A DNA stretch of 53,423 nt, taken from the NCBI GenBank assembly GCA_024762585.1, contig JANTHE010000001.1, forward strand, positions 1 to 53,423, given 5' to 3'. A model generated the notes under the pieces. It saw nothing but the letters and a program-made list of their open reading frames with translations. It was not told the origin of the DNA and ran no database searches. The position numbers and the translations under genes were made by a program. Numbering within the stretch: the first letter of the stretch is position 1; every line of letters starts with the position of its first letter. Below are positions 44,154-53,423 of this stretch, in pieces. Origin of the DNA: Sulfuricurvum sp. (GTDB lineage Bacteria > Campylobacterota > Campylobacteria > Campylobacterales > Sulfurimonadaceae).

Positions 44154-44157
<4 letters not shown>
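44032..44157 (+). CDS. Small single-pass membrane protein (41 aa)
   Basis: GGAGG SD + GTG; hydrophobic helix then RRAKKAK; overlaps ileS stop and gatA start. Confidence 0.7.
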
Positions 44158-46950
<2,793 letters not shown>

Positions 46951-46956
46951 CTTTAC

Positions 46957-46987
46957 GGGGCGACGGCTATGGCCGCGCCTCTTTTTT
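46957..46987 (+). terminator. Rho-independent terminator after guaB
   Basis: GGGGCGACGGC-TATG-GCCGCGCCTC then T6. Confidence 0.6.
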
Positions 46988-47004
46988 CGTATAAGGAAAT
47001 AGCA

Positions 47005-48276
47005 ATGCATTTTCAGACGCAGGCACTGCATGAAGGCTACGATAAAGATACCCAGGGAACCATGGCGGTGCCGATCTACCAGACGACCGCGTATGAGTTT
47101 CGTGACGCCGAACATGCGGCCAATCTTTTTGCGCTCAAAGAACTCGGTAACATCTATACGCGCCTGAACAACCCGACGACGGATGTCTTTGAAAAACGAA
47201 TGGCGGCGCTCGAGGGCGGCGCGGCGGCGCTGGCGGCAGCCAGCGGGATGTCGGCCATCTTCTACGCGCTGGTCAACGCCGCCGAGGCCGGAGACAACAT
47301 CGTCTGCGCTTCGCAGCTCTATGGCGGCTCGCTGACACTGACAGCACATACGCTGAAGCGCTTCGGAATAGAGGCCCGTTTTTTCGACGTGCACAACCCT
47401 TCCGAGGCAGAGAAGCTGATTGACGACAAGACCAAAGCGCTCTTCTTTGAAACGCTGACGAACCCCAGTATCGATGTGCCCAATATCAGTGATCTGTCCG
47501 CCATCGCGAACAAGCACGGCATTATCAGCATCGTCGACAATACCGTGGCAACGCCGGCGCTGTGCCGTCCTATCGAACATGGCATCGATGTGGTCGTACA
47601 CAGTGCCAGCAAGTACACGACGGGGCAGGGTTTGGCCATCGGCGGTATCATGGTCGAGCGCAGGGAGCTTGTCGAAAAGATCAGGGGCAATGCCCGCTAC
47701 CCACAGTTCAACGAGCCCGATGCCAGCTACCACGGACTGGTCTATGTCGACGTTCCGTTGCCAATCTACACGCTGCGAGCACGTCTGAGCCTGCTGCGCG
47801 ATATCGGCGCGGTGGTATCGCCGTTTAACTCATGGCTCTTCATTCAGGGGCTCGAGACGCTGAAGCTGCGGATGAAAGAGCATTCGCACAATGCGTTGAT
47901 GATCGCCAAATTCCTTGAGAAGCAGCCTATGGTCAAGCGGGTCAACTATCCGGGGCTCAGTTCGAACAAAAACTTCGAGAACGCCACGCGTTATTTTGAT
48001 GAGGGCATGAGCAGCGGGCTGCTGAGTTTCGAGGTCGAAGACCTGGAGACGGCAAAAAAGATCGTGGATGCTACCAGTATCTATTCGCTGGTCGTCAATA
48101 TCGGTGATTCCAAGTCCATCATTACGCATCCCGCGTCGACGACGCATCAACAGCTCAGTGCCGAAGAGATGGACGCCTGCGGCGTTCCGGCGGGGCTGAT
48201 TCGTATCAGCGCGGGACTTGAGAACGCCGAGGATCTCATTGAAGACATTAAACAGGCACTCGAGGCGGCATCATAG
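47005..48276 (+). CDS. metY: O-acetylhomoserine aminocarboxypropyltransferase (sulfhydrylase)
   Basis: PIYQTTAY, IYTRLNNPT, HSASKY, NIGDSKS, HPASTTH. Confidence 0.92.
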   Translation: MHFQTQALHEGYDKDTQGTMAVPIYQTTAYEFRDAEHAANLFALKELGNIYTRLNNPTTDVFEKRMAALEGGAAALAAASGMSAIFYALVNAAEAGDNIVCASQLYGGSLTLTAHTLKRFGIEARFFDVHNPSEAEKLIDDKTKALFFETLTNPSIDVPNISDLSAIANKHGIISIVDNTVATPALCRPIEHGIDVVVHSASKYTTGQGLAIGGIMVERRELVEKIRGNARYPQFNEPDASYHGLVYVDVPLPIYTLRARLSLLRDIGAVVSPFNSWLFIQGLETLKLRMKEHSHNALMIAKFLEKQPMVKRVNYPGLSSNKNFENATRYFDEGMSSGLLSFEVEDLETAKKIVDATSIYSLVVNIGDSKSIITHPASTTHQQLSAEEMDACGVPAGLIRISAGLENAEDLIEDIKQALEAAS

Positions 48277-48296
48277 ACGCACTGAACCTGCAGACT

Positions 48297-49382
48297 TTGT
48301 CCCAGCACTTTACCAATCCGCTCTATCTTGAGAGCGGGCGTATCCTGGAGCCCTATGATATTGTCTACGAGACCTATGGCCATTTAAGCGATGACAAAGA
48401 CAACGTCGTCGTAGTAACACATGCCCTGACTGGATCACACCATGCGGCGGGCTTTTACGAGGGCGAGAGCAAACCGGGTTGGTGGGATGGCCTGATCGGT
48501 CCTGGAAAAGCGATCGATACAGACCGTTTTTTTGTGATCTGCTCCAATGTGGTGGGTAGCTGTTTCGGCTCGACCGGTCCGATGTCGCAGATGCATCCGT
48601 ATGAAGAAGCGTATCGCTACAAATTCCCAGTAGTTACTATCAAGGATATGGTCAAGGCGCAGCGCATCCTTTTCGACCGTCTGGGTATTCACCGCGTCCA
48701 TGCTATCGTTGGCGGCTCCATGGGCGGGATGCAGGCGCTTCAGTTTGCGGTGCACTTCCCCAACTTCGCCGACCGCATCGTCGCCATGGCCTGTACGCAT
48801 GCCACTCAGCCGTGGGCGATTGCTTTCAATAAAGTCGCGCAGGAAGCGATCCTTAAAGATCCCAAGTTCAAAAGCGGCTATTATGATCCCGCCGACATCA
48901 CTGCCAACGGCCTCTCGGGCATGGCGGTCGGCCGGATGGCGGGCCATATCAGTTTCTTGTCGCACCACAGCATGACCCGAAAGTTCGGGCGCGAATACAA
49001 ACGAACCGACGGGCTGTATGAGCTGTTCGGCAAGTTTCAGGTAGAGTCGTACCTGGAGTATAACGGGTACAATTTCACCAAGTGGTTCGATCCGTTAAGC
49101 TATCTCTATATTACGAAAGCAATCAACATCTACGACCTTTCCCGGGGATTCGATACGCTCGAGGAGGCACTGCTGCGCATCCGAAGCAAACTTTACCTGC
49201 TCAGTTTCGAAAGCGATATGCTGTTCATTCCCGAAGAGATGAAGGTAATGGCCGATATCCTCGCCAAAGAGAAAATGGCCCCGATCGATTACACCGAGAT
49301 TAAGAGCGATTACGGGCATGACGCGTTTTTAGTCGAGCTTGACAAGTTTGAAGCGTATGTCCGACATGCGCTCGAGCATTAA
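48297..49382 (+). CDS. metX: Homoserine O-acetyltransferase (start uncertain)
   Basis: HALTG, GWWDGLIGPG, GGSMGG, GHDAFL. Confidence 0.93.
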   Translation: MSQHFTNPLYLESGRILEPYDIVYETYGHLSDDKDNVVVVTHALTGSHHAAGFYEGESKPGWWDGLIGPGKAIDTDRFFVICSNVVGSCFGSTGPMSQMHPYEEAYRYKFPVVTIKDMVKAQRILFDRLGIHRVHAIVGGSMGGMQALQFAVHFPNFADRIVAMACTHATQPWAIAFNKVAQEAILKDPKFKSGYYDPADITANGLSGMAVGRMAGHISFLSHHSMTRKFGREYKRTDGLYELFGKFQVESYLEYNGYNFTKWFDPLSYLYITKAINIYDLSRGFDTLEEALLRIRSKLYLLSFESDMLFIPEEMKVMADILAKEKMAPIDYTEIKSDYGHDAFLVELDKFEAYVRHALEH

Positions 49383-49399
49383 ACATCAAAGGAGTCCGA

Positions 49400-49603
49400 G
49401 TGGAAGAGAAAAGCTTTGAGAACCGTCTGGAAGAGGCCAAGGCCATTTTGGAAAAGCTCATGAACCCGGAGCTGACCCTCGAAGAGAGTGTCAAGGCCTA
49501 CGAGGCGGGTACCAAAACGCTTAAAGAGGCGCAAAAAATTCTCGAGGATGCCAAAAAGCAGATCGAGCAGATTCGCGGTGCCGAAACGCAGGACGGTGCA
49601 TGA
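49400..49603 (+). CDS. xseB: Exodeoxyribonuclease VII small subunit
   Basis: SFE..LEE...ILEKL, LTLEESVKAYE.G. Confidence 0.88.
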   Translation: MEEKSFENRLEEAKAILEKLMNPELTLEESVKAYEAGTKTLKEAQKILEDAKKQIEQIRGAETQDGA

Positions 49604-50394
49604 ACGTCGGGGTGCTGCAGCTGCGATCGATCGGGATGCGCTCGACCAAGCTGTATCACTATGTCCGCATCGCGCATAAGCGCGGCGTGAAAGTGCTGTT
49701 GCTGGGCGAATACATGCTCAACGGTTTTTTTAAAGAGCTGTATCAGGCGCCCCTGCCGATGCTGCGCGAACTTGCCGATCATCAAATCGCTATTTTGCGC
49801 GATTTGGCCGCCACCTACGACATCACCTTTGTCGCTCCACTGGTCACTGTCAAGAGCGGGAAACCTTTTAAAAGCATTGTAAAGATTTCTCCGCGTTCGA
49901 ACGCCTATTACCAGCAGCAGATCCTGATTGACTATCCGCATTGGAACGAATCGGAGTATTTTGCCAATCCGGTGGAACCACTGCAGGGGCCTTTGACGTT
50001 CACGGTGGAGGGGGTGCGTTTTGGTATTCTCGGTGGCTATGAGCTGCATTTCGATGCCCTGTGGGAGAGCATCTGGGACAAGCGCATCGACTGCATCCTG
50101 CTGCCGACTGCTTCGACATTCGATTCGCGCGAACGGTGGCGCGACCTGATCCGCATGCGCGCCTTCACACACAACTGTTACGTCCTGCGGGCGAACCGTA
50201 TCGGCGAGACGAAAGAGGAGCAGCATCTGTGGCGTTTTTACGGCGATTCGATTCTGGTCAACCCTGACGGCGAGATTCGCAACAGCCTGGGAGATACCGA
50301 AGAGCTGATGGTCGGCCAGATCGACCGCGCGCTGGTGCTTGAAGCGCGCAAAGGGTGGCGATTCAAAGACGCGATGGATAAACGGCGTGAATAA
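49600..50394 (+). CDS. Carbon-nitrogen hydrolase fold protein with degenerate triad
   Basis: LLGEY, GGYELHF, RANRIG, FYGDS..VNPDG. Confidence 0.85.
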   Translation: MNVGVLQLRSIGMRSTKLYHYVRIAHKRGVKVLLLGEYMLNGFFKELYQAPLPMLRELADHQIAILRDLAATYDITFVAPLVTVKSGKPFKSIVKISPRSNAYYQQQILIDYPHWNESEYFANPVEPLQGPLTFTVEGVRFGILGGYELHFDALWESIWDKRIDCILLPTASTFDSRERWRDLIRMRAFTHNCYVLRANRIGETKEEQHLWRFYGDSILVNPDGEIRNSLGDTEELMVGQIDRALVLEARKGWRFKDAMDKRRE

Positions 50395-50890
50395 GTGGAA
50401 AAAGTGGGGCAAAGAGCTCGCGGCGATGGCGGCCGTGACGGTTATTGCCGCCTCGGTCATCGGCTATTTGCGCGCGCCGTCGTATGAAGACGCGACCCTG
50501 CCGAAGATTCATATATCGAAACTCGGCGGTCTTGCCTATGACAGTACCGTCAAGCCCGAAGAGCCGTATGTGCTTCACTTCTGGGCGACCTGGTGCCCGA
50601 CCTGCCGCGCCGAGGCCGGAAACATCGAGGCGGTTTCAAAAGAGCATAACGTCGTCACCGTCGCCGTCAAATCGGGCGGAATGGAGCAGATCGAGAAGTA
50701 CAAAAGAGAAAACGGGCTGACCTTCCCGGTCATCAACGACGAAAACGGCGTCATGGCCAATGCTTTCAACATAAGCGTTTTCCCGACGACGATCATCGTA
50801 GGCAAAGACGGCAAGGTCTTCTGGGCCGAAACGGGTTATACGACGACGTGGGGGTTGAAATTGAGGCTTTGGCTGGCGGACATTTGGTAA
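50387..50890 (+). CDS. Membrane-anchored TlpA-like thiol-disulfide oxidoreductase
   Basis: N-terminal TM, FWATWCPTC, FPTT. Confidence 0.9.
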   Translation: MNKWKKWGKELAAMAAVTVIAASVIGYLRAPSYEDATLPKIHISKLGGLAYDSTVKPEEPYVLHFWATWCPTCRAEAGNIEAVSKEHNVVTVAVKSGGMEQIEKYKRENGLTFPVINDENGVMANAFNISVFPTTIIVGKDGKVFWAETGYTTTWGLKLRLWLADIW

Positions 50891-50957
50891 ATTGACACGT
50901 TAAAAGAGTTCATATACAAATGTATTTTTACCTAGCTGTCTCATCCCGTTTTTAATT

Positions 50958-51419
50958 TCAGACTAAATCAATATTTCTGCATTTCAGGGATAACGCCCCG
51001 ACTCCGCCTTTGGGATCTTCCATATCCCCTTTTCTTCTGGGAATAAGGTGTATATGCACATGCATGATGCTCTGTCCGGCATCTTCTCCGATATTGATTC
51101 CGACATTGAATCCGGAGATGCTTTTATCCTCATGTAATAATCTTTTTTGCTGCCGATGAAGTAGCTCATAAATGGCGTCGATTTCCTCTTTATGCAATTC
51201 AAAAAAGTTGGCTGCGTGCCGTTTTGGAATAATCAACATGTGATTGCGGGTAACGGGATAGCCGTCATAGATCGCAAAAGCGAGTTTATTGCTGTCTACA
51301 ATTACCTTGTCTTTAGGCAGATAGCAAAAAATACATTCCGTATGAAGATTATATGATCGGTTTTCTACTAAAGAGGGATGCCTCGTTTGTTTCGAAAGTT
51401 TGTCAATTTTATTTATCAT
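50958..51419 (-). CDS. HIT family hydrolase with apparent frameshift near 3' end
   Basis: CIFC, HMLIIPKRH, AGQSIMHVHIHLIPR; expected tail lies in another frame. Confidence 0.85.
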   Translation of the reverse strand: MINKIDKLSKQTRHPSLVENRSYNLHTECIFCYLPKDKVIVDSNKLAFAIYDGYPVTRNHMLIIPKRHAANFFELHKEEIDAIYELLHRQQKRLLHEDKSISGFNVGINIGEDAGQSIMHVHIHLIPRRKGDMEDPKGGVGALSLKCRNIDLV

Positions 51420-51426
51420 AGCTGTC

Positions 51427-52122
51427 TCAACTTCGATTTAAAATGTAAACGTATCTTCCATCAAGCCTTTCTCGAAGAATTTTGCCACTTTGGTTGAGTC
51501 CGGTTAATTCAGAACTAACTGCACTGATGGGATGTGCTGCTCCGAATACATAGTATCGTTTTCGCTCAATATTTGAAAGGATTTCATTTGCATCCATCGC
51601 TATATCCGTTTCTTCGAGCGATTTCAAGATAGCCTCTTGAATGGTCATGGGGGTTCGCGCAGATTCATCATTTCTAAATGTGTCTATAATAAACTCCCTT
51701 ACAGGTTTCCACAGTTCAACTATACCGGCATGTTCTTCAAACACTTTGGCGTGATTGCGATCAAATATGTTTTTCATCTGGCTGTAGTGAGAATTGAATT
51801 TCGTGGACTCTAGTCCACTGCTTTCTCTAAGTTCGTCTACAGTGACTTGTACGGTAGCATTTTTAGACAAATCTATAAACGCTTTCAATATCCTGTAGTT
51901 ATACTGGGATTTCTTCCCCAACCACCTTGGCAGTTTACGGTAAACCTTGGCTATTTCGTTCTTTTCGTCATCGTCAGATTTGTCTTGCAATGTTTTTAGT
52001 AATGCTTTTGTGTCGGTAGTTATCGACAGTAATTTTTCTTCCAACAATTCGTTCTCTATTCTTACACTCTCTCGGAAAGCTTCTTTTGCATTGGACAGGA
52101 TTGTTTCCAGCGTTTTTTCCAT
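51427..52122 (-). CDS. Hypothetical protein with C-terminal winged HTH (HARE-HTH-like)
   Basis: 231 aa, GGGAG SD; MTIQEAILKSL...EI...I..K.YY.FGA.HP. Confidence 0.65.
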   Translation of the reverse strand: MEKTLETILSNAKEAFRESVRIENELLEEKLLSITTDTKALLKTLQDKSDDDEKNEIAKVYRKLPRWLGKKSQYNYRILKAFIDLSKNATVQVTVDELRESSGLESTKFNSHYSQMKNIFDRNHAKVFEEHAGIVELWKPVREFIIDTFRNDESARTPMTIQEAILKSLEETDIAMDANEILSNIERKRYYVFGAAHPISAVSSELTGLNQSGKILRERLDGRYVYILNRS

Positions 52123-52268
52123 GTACAGTTCTCCCTTGGAATTTGGAATATGTAAAATATTATCGATTTATTTATAAAAGATTAATAAAGTCTAAATTAG
52201 AATATGATTTGAAAAAGTTGTGAAACTGGAGGATATCATGAATAGTTCAGGATTAAGGGGCAGTATTG

Positions 52269-52976
52269 ATGGAATGGATTGACGAGAGAATGAAAGCCGG
52301 TGGTCGAGAAAACAATAATAGTGATATAGACGTTTTAATGAAGAAGGCTGCCGATGGAAATAAAGATGCCTGTTTTAATCTGGCTATCAGGTATGCCAAT
52401 GGTGATGGTGTGGAAAAAGATATCTCGAAAGCATTGGAGCTTTACGAACCCTATGTCAAAGATGCAAACTTGGCAGCAATGCATAACTCGGCATTACTGT
52501 ATTGCAATTATTACGGCGACAACCCTGACATGTTACATCGTGGAGTTCAACTATTCCACGAGGCTTCTGACAAAGGGTTTCTACCTTCTGATTGTGAGCT
52601 GATGAAACTGTACCTGATTGGTTTCGGAGTCAGGAAAAACTACATGAGAGCCATTGAGTATCTGATGCGCTCAATCGAAGGAGGAAATGAAAAATGTGCA
52701 AACGAATACTACCAACTTGTTATTTTAATGAATGAGTATGGAAACAGTCTGGAAGAACCAATTTTTATTCTCGAAGAGGTTGGCGGAGTTCAGGTCGAGT
52801 ATGAACTGCTAAGTCATCTTTTGGGTCAAAAAAACAGAGACTGGTCTTTGAAAAAGCAAACACTTCTTGATGAAAATGGTGCCCAAGTTGACAAACTCGA
52901 TATCGAGCTTGTTTCAGGAGAAGATGTTACTTACTATTTCGATATCAGTCGAACGTTCAGTAATTATTCGGACTGA
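52269..52976 (+). CDS. Sel1-like repeat protein
   Basis: ACFNLAIRYANGDGVEKD..KA.E.Y and further Sel1 repeats. Confidence 0.85.
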   Translation: MEWIDERMKAGGRENNNSDIDVLMKKAADGNKDACFNLAIRYANGDGVEKDISKALELYEPYVKDANLAAMHNSALLYCNYYGDNPDMLHRGVQLFHEASDKGFLPSDCELMKLYLIGFGVRKNYMRAIEYLMRSIEGGNEKCANEYYQLVILMNEYGNSLEEPIFILEEVGGVQVEYELLSHLLGQKNRDWSLKKQTLLDENGAQVDKLDIELVSGEDVTYYFDISRTFSNYSD

Positions 52977-53000
52977 GAAATAGTAAAATGAAGGCCTACT

Positions 53001-53423
53001 GTGAACCTTATTCCGATTACATATCATAACCTTTCATATCCTGATCATATCCGTTCCGAGATTGTGGAAGTGGCAGGACATTTTGATGTTCAAGCTCTGA
53101 ACAACGATCTGGAAGATTATTCCTTTTCACTGCATACGGAATATTCTGCATCACACAGAAGGATGGACTCCCCCTGCGTGAATGGTCTCGAAGCAATTAG
53201 CGATGCACAGGGAAATGGGGAACGAGCGGTACCCCATTTATGGTCCAGCCGACAATGGGCAGTGGAATTTGCATATTTCATAATATGCCTGTTGGATGGA
53301 AAAAAGCCGAAAATCATTGAAATTCACCCACATAAGAGCAGGGTATCAGGGCTCACGAAGTTTATTGAACAATACGAAGTCTTTCATAATATTCTGCTTT
53401 CTCATGGAATCGACTCGACGATA
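53001..53423 (+). CDS. Hypothetical protein, 3'-truncated (absent from ORF track)
   Basis: GTG after AAGG; 141 codons with no stop (MNLIPITYHNLSYP...SLHTEY...IIEIHP). Confidence 0.7.
   Translation, partial: MNLIPITYHNLSYPDHIRSEIVEVAGHFDVQALNNDLEDYSFSLHTEYSASHRRMDSPCVNGLEAISDAQGNGERAVPHLWSSRQWAVEFAYFIICLLDGKKPKIIEIHPHKSRVSGLTKFIEQYEVFHNILLSHGIDSTI

Overview
Bacterial chromosomal DNA, most likely Campylobacterota (Sulfurimonas/Sulfuricurvum-like), inferred from gene order (parA-parB-atpF'FHAGDC-tolQRAB-pal-slyD-fabD; cinA/ileS-gatA-guaB-xseB) and gnTATAAT promoters. Mostly core genes: rplU-rpmA-obgE-proB-fmt-birA-parAB, ATP synthase without subunits a/c, Tol-Pal, five tRNAs, ileS-gatA-guaB-metY-metX. 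A mixed region at 24.6-39.2 kb includes a sugar-uptake operon, and an AT-rich accessory block starts at about 50.9 kb. No CRISPR array, integrase or transposase was seen. The most interesting signals are non-coding: (1) a tRNA-Glu(UUC) with its own promoter and an abnormal anticodon loop (A32/C33/U38); (2) a ~175-nt highly structured RNA between a promoter and rplU; (3) a diverged ~84-nt structured repeat with compensatory stem changes, found after rpmA and again after tRNA-Lys. Also notable: an anti-sigma-kinase/GNAT fusion coupled to an M20 amidohydrolase, tandem unknown acidic paralogs, a nitrilase-fold protein missing catalytic residues, and a frameshifted HIT gene. All calls are by eye; no database search was run.
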